Assembly (NCBI RefSeq): GCF_006345805.1 | Contig: NC_043022.1 | Coordinates: 17,794,001 to 17,858,000, forward strand | Length of the DNA: 64,000 nucleotides | Source: Octopus sinensis | Taxonomy: Eukaryota | Reading direction: 5' to 3' | Shown: positions 11,341 to 24,326 of the stretch, piece after piece | Layout of the letters: every line of letters begins with the position of its first letter | Position numbering within the stretch: position 1 is the stretch's first letter | The notes under the pieces: generated by a model | Told to the model about the DNA's origin: nothing | What the model saw: only the letters and a program-made list of their open reading frames with translations | The model's database searches: none | Position numbers and translations under genes: made by a program

Positions 11341-14300
11341 TCCAGGAAGAAGATTTGTCCCTCACGTTGGCGTACACAGTTAAGAATAGTTCTGTAGGCC
11401 TGCAGCTGGTCCGGAAGTAATTTAGGTTCATTTTCAACAACGTACTTTGAAAGTACTTGAGTGTTGTAGGATGTGTCACGAACGACAGTAGTTGGAAGAC
11501 TATTTGATCCTGACCTGAATGTTTGTGGTAGACCGTATGTGGACAATTCATTTCCACCCAATTTAGCAATTCTGTCTTCAATGTCAATGAGATGTTTGTT
11601 GTAGACTTCATTGCTGATGCCCTCCGTGTCAGGGTAGAGCAGTTGAGCCAGGTTGTCTCTGTATTTGAGTCACAGAGTGGCAGGATCACATGGTTTGCAT
11701 GCCTGTAGTAATACTGGAAATAGTGCCCTGGGACCTTTAGGTGATTCTGATAAAGCAGCCTCTCCCAAAGTAGCATCCCATTGTGCACCATCTTCCAACA
11801 GACTTTGTTGATAGCAGGCTTCTCTGTATGTTGTGCAGATATGTCCATGAACGGTTTTTAGGACCTGGAAAGACGTTGGCCTCTGACCTCATGCAGTAGT
11901 AGATGAAGGTAGAAGCACTTGTGTTGAGTGGGATGCACTGTGTATCGTCACCCAAGGCAAGTGTCAAACTTAATGCCAGGTTATCCATGAACATTTTGAC
12001 CTGCCTTCCTTGGGGCCCATTTTTTTCCATTCCAAGTGAAGTACGATGGAATCTATGGATACAGCGAATGGATAAACTTGACAAAACTTAAGGAATGTAG
12101 TGAGCGAGCTATCTCTTGGTTCCTCTGCCAACAGAGAAGCATTAGCATCAGTGAAGTACACTCTTTGACCGTTTTCCAGATGCACTGCAAGCTGTTGAAT
12201 GGCGGGGTGTCGTTGGTGAAGTGGAAAGTCAAAGATGCACCAGAAAACCTCGTTGCTACTTACGTACCGTCCCACCTGATAATGCGTCACCTCATCCTGG
12301 CAGTATTCTTGTTGAAGTCCAAACATTGCAGCATCAGAACCCTTGTTCACATACTTACAAACGTACTTAATGGACTTAACGGAGTTGCAAAACTCAACGT
12401 TGATGTGGGAATGGAAAGGATTGGACAGTAGGAAAGAATCCATCTATTATCAACCTCATGCTGTCCGACAGTTGCTGTGAAACCTCCGTCTTCTGGTTTT
12501 CTCTGTCTCTGTATGATGGATACCTATCAGCACCTGTCTGAGTTTCTTGTAGGAACCTCCTTGGAAACCTTTTCGAACATACGCTGTCTTTCAAGCATGG
12601 TGAGTTTATATTGAATCCACGCCCACATGGACCATGCACCATGTTTGCCTTAACTATTTCATACAGTACTTTGTCTACAGCTGGATCAGGAAGCTCTGCA
12701 AAGATTATCTTGTCAATGTCAGTAGATTTGATCTTCACTGAGAACCAAAGCAAGATATGAGCATGCGGAAGGCCCCTTTTTTGTCATTTGATTGTGTACG
12801 TCTCATGTTACAGGTCCAAAGATTTACCCATTTTTTTATGAGCTCCATGAGAATGATTAACTTCAAATGGAAAACTCGAGTGAGGAGGTCATGCTTGGCT
12901 TTAGGCTTTTGACCGAAGAAGATTTTGGCCTGAATCTCCTTCCACTTGGGATTACATGTGAAAAATATGAACAGGTCAAGCTTGCCGTAATGGCGGACAA
13001 AGGTCATTGCATCCTGTGTTCTTATATCGGGGACTTCTAGTGAACGTGGAAGGCAAGATGCAAACTCTTCCTATGCTTGTTGGAGCAGCATCATTGTTGA
13101 TGGCATTTCCGAAATGGAAGAAGCTGTCAGATTGCAATTTATTTTTTGTGACCTGATGAAACACAATCTCTCTGATTCCATTTTTGCATATGTATTGACT
13201 ACAAATTGATGAAGAGGAGGTGATTACAGCAGTTGTTTCGGGTCATAAATCGGTATGCGTAGAAGTCCATGCAGGATACTGGCTTGTTGAGATGTTCATT
13301 ATGATTTTGGGGATCATGCTGTGGTATACCGATGAGGTAGCTGTCCTTACCATTAACAAACAGAAGCAGATATTGAAGCGTAGGATCGGTGCGTTTCACT
13401 AATTCACCTGAGGACAATGTCTCTGAGACTGTGCTGTTCACCATGAAGGAGTACAGCTATTTCATTGCATGTGGGTGCATTGTAATGGCCTGCATGTTCC
13501 CTAGATGGTCTTTTCTGGGCATTAATGACAACATTAAAATGTGATGAAGCTTCTCTTTCCAAGGCATTCCTGAAGCTACGTACAGAGCTGTTTTTCTGGT
13601 GCAAAAGGTCTTGCAGTTGCATTATCAGGTGAAAGTTAGTACCTGTGGAAATGTAGTTTTGTCGGGTGGCATGTTCGTGTAAATTGCCTACAAAAGTATA
13701 TTTGAAGGAACTGAGGATCTTGATTTTCAGCAGCCTCAAGTGAGCCTATCCTATGGTAAATCTGTCTCTCTACTTTGAAAGTAGGCATAAACCCGCCTTC
13801 TTGAACAACATTAGCACCAAAAGCTGTCATTTGGAATGCACAATTGTACTTCCGGATGTTATTGAGGAAATGTTTCGACTCTGTAGTTGTGCCAGTGGAG
13901 TGTGACTTCAACAGCTGTGGTGGATCCTCCAGTGGAGTGGGGTTGAGGTTTCCATTAGCGCAACACGTCGCAGGAGTTTCTCTTGACCACTTCTTGCAGA
14001 AAGAGCAAGTGATGGACATATGTCCAATGTTCATATCTGGGTGGCAATCATAATGAAGGTTAGGGTTGCAGTTGAAAACCTATAATGACCATTGTGAGCT
14101 GCATGGCGTTGAAAATCGTCATCTAGGAGCAGCTCTTTGTTGAATGGAAGTCTGCAGCAGAGTAGATCTCTGTTGTAAGCCATGTTGGCAGCAGCATTCC
14201 TGACCAGGCGTGCAATGTGTTGGGTTTTGTTCTCTGCAGCTTGTGCAGCAGCAGCAGCAGTTTGTCGAACTGGACACTGGTCACCTGTTTGGAGTGCTCT

Positions 14301-14435
14301 TGAAGTGGCTGTACGTTCAGCATTTTGTGATCGTCCAATGTCAGTTTCCACTGACGATTCATTCGCCCACCTTGCTGATGATCTTGCTGCTTTTGCAGTT
14401 TTTCGCCCAATTGAAGAACTCTTCCTTCGGGGCAA
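11337..14435 (-). mobile_element. Helitron Rep/helicase remnant (rolling-circle transposon), truncated at the start of the Pif1 helicase
   Basis: MPRRK..IGR N-terminus; CCANG, FLNNIRKYNCAFQM, YNAPT..EIAV, YG..DLF..FTCNPKW, frameshifted KRGLPHAH (HUH), MVHGPCG...SPC...CSKRFP, HINVEFC.SVKSIKY..KYVNKG; ends at QIFFLDA. Confidence 0.93.
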
Positions 14436-16228
14436 GATCTAAAAGAAGCCTGATGAAACGCAGTGAGATACAATGTTAAGTGATGAATATTAATTGAAGG
14501 GTTAGTATGTAAGTGCAGATAAGTTGCAGACTTGCAGCTGCTGCAGTAATAATGAACTGGCAGTAGAACGGTAAACGTGTAAAATAAGATGATGTCAGTG
14601 TTATGAGATTAGAATGAAAATGGAAACAGTTGTGAAAGGCAAAACGAGAAAAATGGTAAGAGCAACGGAGAAAGAGGTTACGAATTGCATTGGGAATGAC
14701 GTTTCTGTGGACATGAATTTATTGGGGTGTTGTAAGTCAATGCATGGCTGCTCTGTTGTATAGATTGGATGGGGAAAGGGTTAATGGAAGAGCAATTCGA
14801 TGAATTGCTTAGCTTTGTTTAGTGGGGCAGAAGCTGATTTGACTGGTATTTCTAGCATGTCCTGCTACCACTGATGTCAACCCAACGAGTAGGCGAGCAG
14901 GTGCCAATATTCTCCCTAAGAAGATTATTCTGCAGGATTACCCATTGACGGTTGAGTGGACTGAGCAATGTGAAATGAAGTGTTTTGCAACGTACTGCCC
15001 AATCTGGGAATCGAACCTACAATCTAGTGATTGTGAGTGCAGTACTTTAACCACCAGGCCATACGACTTCACTCTTTATAAGCTTCATAAAGTCCCCCTC
15101 TTCCCCACACTGTTGGACATAAAACTGTAGAATTCACAGAAAGGAGGAATCATCTTGCTCAGGGAACCTGAGAACCTCGAAACAATCTGAGAGATTGTGT
15201 TTTGTTTTGAATTGTTGAGTCTCTGGTCACCAGGAACCATTCCTGGGAATGGCACTGAATCTGAAGAACCCTGAAACTCTGCATGAAAGGCCATTGGAAG
15301 TACAAATACAAGAGAAACGAAGATGGGACTGGTAGAAATATGGAAAAAAGGAAGGTGAAGTTAACAGCTGTTGTTGTTATCAGCCTTATTGTTGTTTTTA
15401 CATCCTCTTTCCCATGCTGGCATGGGTTGGACATGACTTGTTAAGGCAGAGCTTTATAACCAGATGCTGTGTCTGATGTCAACCGTTTCAGTTGCTTCGT
15501 GTGAGACACAGGGATATGGTCCACTTGTCTGAAAGACTGGAATGTATGGCTTAAAGTTAATCCAGCATCATTGATGACATCTAAGATATTTAGCTTTAAT
15601 CGGGATAAAGATTTGGAGGGGAGTGATGAGCTTATCCCAAAACATTTGAGCAGCGCAGAAGGATCTGAAGACCCAGTTTTTAGCAAAGTAATAACGTTAG
15701 AAATGGAGAAAAATAAAAACAATAAAAACAGGAAAAGAAACACCAAAACAATTTAAATATTGAAAATTTTTCTTTTTCTTTTCGTTTGTTTTTTGGAATA
15801 TTTATAAAACACAAACAAAACAAATGAAAAAAAAAACAACAAAACAAAAATGTCTGAATTTTACATTTTGAGGAATTTGAAGAGAATAAAAACATGAAGT
15901 GAAAATTTTTGTTGAAAATTTTGGAAGAATCTTCAAATGTGATGACGCCTCTGCCAAAATCGGACGTTCAAAGTCGGAGTTGATGTTGATTGATAGAAGC
16001 AATGGCCAACAGCTTCAATATATAGTTCTTATGAGATCAACGATTTCTCTTTATTGCAGTTACAGTTTGTTGTAGACAAAGTAATGAGGTGAGTCCATGT
16101 CCCAGGAGGGGGGGTGGGGCAGTATTTAGGGAGCTGTTTAGGAAATGACTGAGTTTCTGACATCGGCAAGTCACTGTGAGTATATACACGTACCTGTACA
16201 TCTACTAGTGTGTCAATATTATAAATAA

Positions 16229-16266
<38 letters not shown>

Positions 16267-16417
16267 TGTAGGTGGGTGTGCATATCTCAATTATGTATGT
16301 ATGTGTGTGTGTGTTGTTATTGAAGAGTGAAAACGAGTGCTCAACACTTGGAGAAACATTCTTCAATTTGGTATTCATCCAGAACGAAACCATTGGTAGC
16401 CTTAACCCACAAATAAA

Positions 16418-16461
<44 letters not shown>

Positions 16462-16491
16462 GTCATATTATGTCCCATAAGTAGGGCAGCA

Positions 16492-17245
16492 GGATCTTTT
16501 CCTTTTGAACGGCACATGTCAACACAATTTCTAGTTAACACTTTAAAACTTTGTATACTGGTAGAATGTGTCAAAATAAAACATTTTTTTCTCTTGGCTT
16601 TCTTGAGAAAATTCTAATTTGTAAGTTTAACGTAGTTTAATTTTTCAAATTTTAACCAATGAATCGCCTCTATTGAGCTAAAATCATTTGCTGCGTCTAA
16701 AACTGAGACAACATCCTGTCACTAACCCTAACCCTAAATTTTAGCCTTTCGTTTTTTTTTTTTCTTAATTGTTAAATTAATTTAAGGATAACAATTAAGA
16801 AAAAAAAAACGAAAGCAATGGAAAATAATTTAAACAATTAACAAATAAAATAATGCTATAATTTTATACACACACTTTCCGTACATATACATAACGAAAG
16901 GCGAAAACAAAAACAAAACGAATAATTTTAGACACACGCGTAACAAATTAATTTAACAATTAAGAAAAAAAAAAACAACGAAAGGCTAAAATTTAGGGTT
17001 AGGGTTAGTGACAGGATGTTGTCTCAGTTTTAGACGCAGCAAATGATTTTAGCTCAATAGAGGCGATTCATTGGTTAAAATTCGAAAAATTAAACTACAT
17101 TAAACTTACAAATTACAATTTTCTCAAGAAAGCCAAGAGAAAAAATCTTTTTATTTTGACATATTCTACCAGTATATACGAAGTTTTAAAGTGTTTAGTT
17201 AACTAGAAATTGTGTTGACATGTGCCGTTCAAAAGGAAAAGATCC
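16492..17245. mobile_element. Foldback / long-TIR non-autonomous DNA element (MULE-, hAT- or Merlin-like)
   Basis: About 290-bp inverted arms GGATCTTTTCC...GGAAAAGATCC; exact 8-bp TSD GGGCAGCA at 16484-16491 and 17246-17253. Confidence 0.88.
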
Positions 17246-17760
17246 GGGCAGCATCAATATCTTCTACATGTTGCTTTCCTTATTAAATAAATACACACAC
17301 TTATGAACGTGTGTGTGTGTGTCTACATTTCTATTTGTGAATGTGTAGCTACCATCAGCTTTAGAAGTAAAGACCCAGAGTTTGGGGGTGGTACACAAGA
17401 AACAGGACTGAGATGAGGAGAATGTACCTACATGTTCCAGATGAATGGGAATTGCTACATGTTTGTAACAAGCTGTACTACATGTTAGGCATTCAGGTTA
17501 TTCTGTCAAATGCAATGCTTATTCCGTCACATTGCTTTCAGTTAATCTTGTATTATCCCTTATCTTCAAGATTTCAGTAACGTGATTATATATTCTTAGA
17601 ATGATATTGCAGGGTAGGTGAGAGAGGCCAGGTCTGGCCAGTTTAAATACCAAAGTGCTAAAATGTTGAGAATGTGCTTTGTACAACGACTATTCCTATT
17701 TGTTAACTGCTGGAACTAAACTTGAACGCTGATTTATGAACTTTGGGAGTTACAGTTCAT

Positions 17761-17798
<38 letters not shown>

Positions 17799-19372
17799 TG
17801 TCTATATAGAATACAGTATGGTAATAGTATTGGTGAATAGTATAGAGTTGTATAATAGGAAAGAAATTATGAAACAAGTTGAACTGACAGAGAAACATAT
17901 TAGCAGCAACACCTTAAACATAGGTTAGTAGTGGTGGTGGTGGTGGTGGTAGCACTATTATATACAGGTGTGTGGAGACACCTGGACAAACTGAGGCTAT
18001 GTGTGGTGGAGGAGGGAGGCTGAAGAGGAGTGTTTGTAAAGACAGCTGCCAACAGATTTGTTTGCATTTATGGGAGAGACAGACAGATTTCAAGACTTCA
18101 CTGATTCAGGAGTTCCCCCACCCCACAACTCTTTTTCAACCCTCGGTCACCTTTGTCAAACCTATCCCCACCTAGGACAATGTTAGCATATCTAAGCCTA
18201 CATTATCTAACCCATTTCAAGACGGTCAAGGTGTGATTTGAGGGAGAGCTGACTGCTACTTTTAGCAATTAAAGTGACTGCATGAGGGATTACTTGTTGG
18301 TTTTGATTCAGGAGTGGTGGTGGTGGTGGGGGGGGTGAGTAATTAGCTTAATGACTGGAGTTAATTTGGCCAATTGTGAAACATAACTGAGTCCAATTGT
18401 CAAAGAAACAGTGGTGACAATTACAATGGAGGCTCACATGGCGGGGGACACACAGACACAGTGTTGTCATTGGTTATTATGGCAGTGGAATGGCAGAAAC
18501 AGAAAGGGGGATATTAAATGCAGTTTAGTATTCAGTTCTGCCCTGTTCAAAATCTTACCCGAACTTGCAGTTGTGTGCCACCATCACCACCACTACCACC
18601 ACCGTTATGGTTTACGAGGGGAGGGGCAATGCATTGGTAGAAACAACAGAACACCAAACTAGATACCTTACTCAGATTGACGTCTCTCCATTGTAAGTTC
18701 AAACCTCAGTGTGGAAATTCTTTAATCCTCCATGTTTAATACCTGTAATATACTGAGGCTGACTTCAAGTATTTGGCTTTTTCATACATAGTAAATTTAA
18801 TATATAACCCCCAACCCTAGTCCTGGTTCTGGGTCCACTCTGTGTCAAGTATAAGGACCCTGTCTCTGGTTTGAGGAGATCTTAACATTCTTCCTTTCCT
18901 GATTGAGGTCCTTAAAATTAAAAAAACCAAAAAACAATTTATTTATTTATAAAAACGAATGGGAAGTGATTTGGTGTGATGATGATGGTAAAAGATCTGT
19001 CAGAGGATGGGCGCAGGGAACAGCAATTAAATTAATATAAATTAATTCATTAGTAAAAAACACAACTTGCAATCCACAGTACACGCAACCAGTTTGATCA
19101 CACATACACCATGTACACACACACACACACACACACTATCAAGCAGAGGCTCACACAGACGTATACGCTGTCCTCCCTGTCCCTGATGATGGACAACACT
19201 TTCACTCGACGGAAACTCTATTGGAATGTAGAAACATTGCTGGACGTTAGTTCTATGTCCGTTGTTTTAGGGTTTGGCATGAACGACACAGAGAAATGAC
19301 TGTAAAAACGCATGGGTGTGTCTGTGTATGTACAGGCATCACCAGATACTTATGTGTAGACATGTAGCTAAA

Positions 19373-19407
<35 letters not shown>

Positions 19408-19961
19408 GCAGAACACGATAAGAAGGAGACATTGTGTCTGCTGTCTACTTCTCAGTCTAAAAGTGTTTCATGGTAGACAGCAATAAACGTGATGGTGAAG
19501 TTGAGGTGGGATTCTGGAATCCCGAGGAACAATTAGGATTGGCAAAATTGGGTGCAAGGGTGCTGCTGCTGCACTACACACGTTACTGTAGTAGCGGTAG
19601 TAGTAGTAGTAGTGTGTACAGTGTTGTACTAGTACAATAGATACTATGCCAGTGAACTAGTTGAGTACATATTGTAATAGTATAGTACAATACTGGTAGA
19701 GTGCTGTGTTAGCTGAGTACATATGAAACTGCAGTGGTACAGTCTATGTGGTAGCGTAATGATTGTTGAGTTCCAGTAATTATGCTGTAATTGTCACTGA
19801 AGGACAAAGGGTTTGGCTGGGGAGTGGGGGGGTTATATGCAATGTGGTTGTGACCATAGTAAATAGGGGTGGGGTGGGGGCAATTAATGTGTTAAATATG
19901 ATACAGTGATTCTGTGATAAAATCTGGTGGGAGGAGGTGGGGGGGCATCCTGGTGATTTTT

Positions 19962-20104
19962 TTATTCAACTTCAATGTTGCCTTCCACTTGGTACTTGAG
20001 ACGCATATTCCGGGCTCGGCTGTGCTCGCCGACAATCTCCTTGGTCACCTCTGATGGAAACCAACCCGTTTCACCATCATGGGACCGTTCACCATAGTAC
20101 CAAC
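19962..20104 (-). CDS. Ephexin: Ephexin last coding exon: SH3 C-terminal half WYYGERSHDGETGWFP...NIEVE*
   Basis: tttgtag acceptor; GWFP SH3 motif; TAA at 19964-19962. Confidence 0.9.
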
Positions 20105-20747
20105 CTACAAAGAGAAAACAGAATTCAAAGCAAAACGAAAACAAAAAAGAAAACACTCAGAAGTCGGAGGTGGAGGAGTCAGTTTGGTGTAGTTAAATGT
20201 CTGCTATAACCCCTTGCAGTGGTTAAGGGTCACGATTTAAGGCCACACCTTAGAGCACTCATTATTTGGTGTTAAACAGAAGATGAATCTCATATTTACA
20301 TGGGATGTCACTTTACTGTCATAAAACATTACCAAGAGATTTGGTGATGTTCATTCCCTGCCATTGGGAGAATAGCGGAATATAATATCGGCTTCAAATT
20401 CAAGGGCAGCTATTTGTGGGGAGTGGATAAGTCGATTACATCAACCCCAGTGTTCAACTGGTCCTTATTTTATTGACCCCAAGAAAGATGAAGTGCAAAG
20501 TTGACCCTGGCAGAATATGAACCCAGAATGTGAAGTTGGAAGAAAAGCTGCAAAGCATTTTGCCTGGTGTGTTAATGATTCTGCCAGCTTAAAATAAACG
20601 AAATAAAATATTAAATGTTTTTGCTTAAAATGGACGAAGAACTGACTGGAATCAAAAGGCCCAAGGGTTTTGTCAATTTCTATAATGAAATGCACACAAA
20701 ACCCTCTCAAAACATGGCTTTGCCCAGCAGAAGAAGTGGGGACAGGT

Positions 20748-21092
20748 CTTCCCAACCACATGGTCCTAAGTTCAGTCCCACTGCATGGCACCTTGGGCAA
20801 GTGTCTTCAACTGTAGCCTCAGGCTGACCAAAGTCTTGTAAGTGGATTTGGTAGATGGAAACTGAACGAAGCCCATTGTGTATATGTGTGTGTGTGTCTT
20901 TGTGTCAGTCTCCACCACTGCTTGACAACAGGTGTTGGTGTGTTTACATCCGTCACTTAGCAGTTTAGCAAAAGAAACCAACAGAATAAATACCAGGCTT
21001 CAAAAAAGAACAATACTAGGGTCAATTCCCTCGACTAAAAATTCTTCAAGGCAATGCTCCAGCTTGGCCACAGTCTAATGACAGAAACAAAA
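20748..21092 (+). mobile_element. SINE family A
   Basis: cccaaccacatggtcc..ggcaccttgggcaagtgtcttc..gatttggtagatggaaactgaa. Confidence 0.85.
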
Positions 21093-21124
21093 GCTAGGTA
21101 TTTGTGACATGAGAAAGTGAGTGA

Positions 21125-21130
<6 letters not shown>

Positions 21131-21212
<82 letters not shown>
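21131..21212. repeat. Perfect (GA)n microsatellite
   Basis: About 40 uninterrupted GA units. Confidence 0.95.
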
Positions 21213-21214
<2 letters not shown>

Positions 21215-21366
21215 CTACTGACACTTAATACCGAAGAAGCTAAAGATCAGACTCACTCCCCTTTCCCCCAACAATATATCCCCATTTAATTTTAGGGGTT
21301 CTCTCCTTAACTGACACACCAATGACCCCCACCCCCACCCCTAGCACCACAAAAAGCAACCCTTAC

Positions 21367-21471
21367 CATCATTTAGTTTCCGGAAAACAGTGACCACATC
21401 ATTTGGTTCTAAAGAGAGTTCATCTTTCTCATAAGCTTTATATGAACAAATGGCTTCCACTTCTGGACAAT
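21367..21471 (-). CDS. Ephexin: Ephexin SH3 exon CPEVEAICSYKAYEKDELSLEPNDVVTVFRKLND
   Basis: attttccag acceptor, G|gtaagg donor; SH3 RT-loop motif. Confidence 0.94.
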
Positions 21472-22202
21472 CTGGAAAATAATGGACAGAGCGGAAGATA
21501 AGAGACAGGATGAGCGAAGAAGGGAAATGTCTGTTGGTTTGTTTCTCACTTAAGATGATGAAGGAGTAGAGTCAGGAATAAATTATGCTAATACTCAGTA
21601 ATCACATAAATTATGCTAATAATACACAGCGTGTGTTAAAAATAAGCGGAACATTATAGAATAAGGTGAAATTGAAGAACATTTCCTAAAATAAGACTTT
21701 ATGAGAGAAGAAATAACATTGGTAGAATATCAATGTGGTTCTTATGAGTGAAATGAAGTTGTGGCACAAATGCCTTTCCCTAAAGATGGTAATAAAAGCT
21801 ATAAGAAATGTGGGAAATTTACTAAATTTATGAATCTGAAATGTCTTGTTTGGTTGAAGTATTTAGTGGGGATATATATAGATATATATATGTTTACAGT
21901 TTATGTTTATAGGTAGAGAAAATACTCCACCCAGTGAGAGAGAAATATGATTTAATAAACACAATGTACAATAGTTTCATGCTTTAAGGTACATTAAATT
22001 AGTAGATTTATATAACATGTCATGCATCTCCAAGCAACCTTGCATATGTCTTCTTGTATATATGAGATCCAGTTAGAGATTTCAATGTCGTGTATAATAT
22101 ATTAATAAACAGAGGAAGGTTGGTCATGGTTGGAGTACCTTTGATTAGGGCTGACCTGGGGTTGAATAAAAACAGCTTAAAAATTAATTAAATTTATTTT
22201 AA

Positions 22203-22401
22203 CCATTTAGCATTTAAACTGGTCATATCCAGGGCCCAAATCTTCTCCATGCAGATCTGGTCTCTCACACCTAGCCTACAATGTCATTTTGGAAAATAGA
22301 CAATTACATCACTGAAATCTGAAAGCTAGGAGACAGTACACGATTGATTAAAAACAACTTGAATAAATAAGTTTGAGAGAAGAATCTGAATGCTGAAAGG
22401 T
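22203..22401. mobile_element. piggyBac-like MITE, degenerate copy
   Basis: ttaaccatttagcatttaaactgg ... gaatgctgaaagg; same internal core. Confidence 0.6.
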
Positions 22402-22437
22402 GAAATCATGGCTTGTAATTAAATGTGTGAGACTCAC

Positions 22438-22514
22438 CCCATGCTGAGTAAATTCTTTCATTGCCTTCCACTGTGACAGGGGTTACAGCAGTCAACCAAC
22501 GTTCACAATCATTT
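22438..22514 (-). CDS. Ephexin: Ephexin PH C-terminal helix exon NDCERWLTAVTPVTVEGNERIYSAW
   Basis: ttgttctttctag acceptor, G|gtgagt donor; conserved PH Trp; phase 2 to 1. Confidence 0.92.
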
Positions 22515-23279
22515 CTAGAAAGAACAACCAAAAAAAAAAATTAAACAACAACACACAAAAAAAAAGTTTAGTGGTGTGTCACAATGTAACTGGGGAGGGG
22601 CAAAGTGGCACCCAGTTGCTACCAATAACAATGTCTTTCAAATGATGGAAGATGTTTTCTTTTATTGGTTACTATGGCCATGTTGGAGCACTGCTTTCAA
22701 GACTATTCAAAATGATAAAAGGCAAGAATCAGTCTGGGTATAAAGGGATGTCACCAGGGCAGAAACAAATACCAATAGTCATCTCCTACAGTCCCAGGCT
22801 GAGCAAAGCCTTGTGAGCAGATCTGGTGGACAGAAACTGGAAAGAAGCCCATTGTATATGTACATGAATATTGTTGAGGGTCGCATTTCACTGCCCTTCG
22901 TGCCACAGGATCTGCTTATCTCGTATTGTCCCTTTCCCATGAGAAACAATGTACTGGAGGAGGATGAAGGTTTTGGATCAATGCTGTCATCACTTTTAAT
23001 GGGCAAGTAACCATGTGTCTGTGTGTGTTTATCCCCAACTTCTACTTGACATCTGGTGTTTGTTTGTTTATATCCCTATAACTTAGCAGTCCAGCAAAAA
23101 ATTGGCTGATGGACTAAGTACCAGGTTTAAAAGAAAATAACACGCCCTGGGTCTGATTTGTTTGATTAAAGCCCTTCAAAGGCAATGCCCCAGTATGGCC
23201 ACAATCTAACGATTGAAACAAGTGAAAGATAAACCGGAGAGAAACGAAGCTGAAGTCCGGCCGAAGCCTTCCTACTTAC

Positions 23280-23465
23280 TCAGAATTAAAAGCCAAAATC
23301 ATTTCCACTCTTTTGTTTTCAAAGTTCTCCAACATTACCAGCAAGATCAGAAAACGGACATTGGGTGGAACTCCATGAGGTAAAAGCTTACATTTGTCTG
23401 GGTCCCTGATACGTTGAGGGTCCAAAAAGGCACGTGAACAATAATCGACAACATCATAATGGTTT
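23280..23465 (-). CDS. Ephexin: Ephexin PH exon NHYDVVDYCSR...LLVMLENFENKRVEMILAFNS
   Basis: ttttcttag acceptor, GA|gtaagt donor; phase 2 to 2. Confidence 0.92.
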
Positions 23466-23554
23466 CTAAGAAAAGCAAAATGAGACCCAGTTAAAACACA
23501 CATATGATGATGATGATGATGCAAAAGTTATCTAGGATCATTAATTAACAAATA

Positions 23555-24326
23555 CAGTAATGCCTCAATAGACGAGTTAATTTGTTCCCAGAGACTACTT
23601 GTAAAGTGAAAACTCATAAAGCAGAACAATAATTTCCCATAGCAGCAATGTTATAAATCATAATTCATTCCCAGAAAAATATTTTACCCAAAAAATTTAT
23701 AATACTCGTAAATATATGGCAACAAAACAACATTAAAATGTAAAGAATATTTTATGTAAAGTGAAAAGAATGTGAAAGATTGTTTATAATATAAATTAAT
23801 ATTATTATAATCATTTTCTGAATCACTTTCACTCGCATCAGACTTGTGCACACCATCACTTGTAGACGTGATCACTGATTCACAAGCACTCATAGACAGA
23901 CTTGTAGGTTTCTTTATGAAAAAAAATAAGTCTAGAGTTGTTGGCTTAGAAGAAGCCCTTTTTTTCACTCTCTATGAATGTCTCGGTAACACTTCTGTTT
24001 AGACATATTGGGTGGGTTTAAAAAATACTGAAAATAATAATATAAATACACGTATACAATCTAAAATATGTGGCATAAAGAATTAGCTTTGTTGAATCTC
24101 TCTCAACAAAACACACAAGCAAACTAAGACACTGAAAATGTTATGCTGTCATTTTACTCCATTGCTACATGCAGCTGTGTAGAAATGTTGGAACCAGTGT
24201 TACCACATGTTGTGATGTTGCCACACACCTTTTCATATCTATTTGACCTTTCTATATTCGTTAGGAAATAAAACTCTTGAACCTGGGGTCTTGCAAAGCA
24301 CGTTCTCCAAGAGTGAGGTATTACTG
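23555..24326 (-). mobile_element. pogo/Tigger-like DNA transposon deletion derivative
   Basis: TA|CAGTAATGCCTC ... GAGGTATTACTG|TA (12-bp TIR, 1 mismatch, TA TSD); internal fragment KPTTLDLFF resembles a pogo C-terminal motif. Confidence 0.7.

Noticed and set aside
16722-17008. TTAGGG repeats as an interstitial telomere or fusion site
   Set aside because: Only ~2.5 units per side, symmetrically inside transposon TIRs with a TSD.
19220-19299. Possible extra terminal ephexin exon after a tttttacag acceptor
   Set aside because: The SH3 exon already ends in an in-frame TAA, and candidate donors within it (GTACCA, GTGGAA) are weak.
23466-23524. MHHHHHH His-tag-like ORF start
   Set aside because: Intronic (CAT)n repeat upstream of the true acceptor at 23465.
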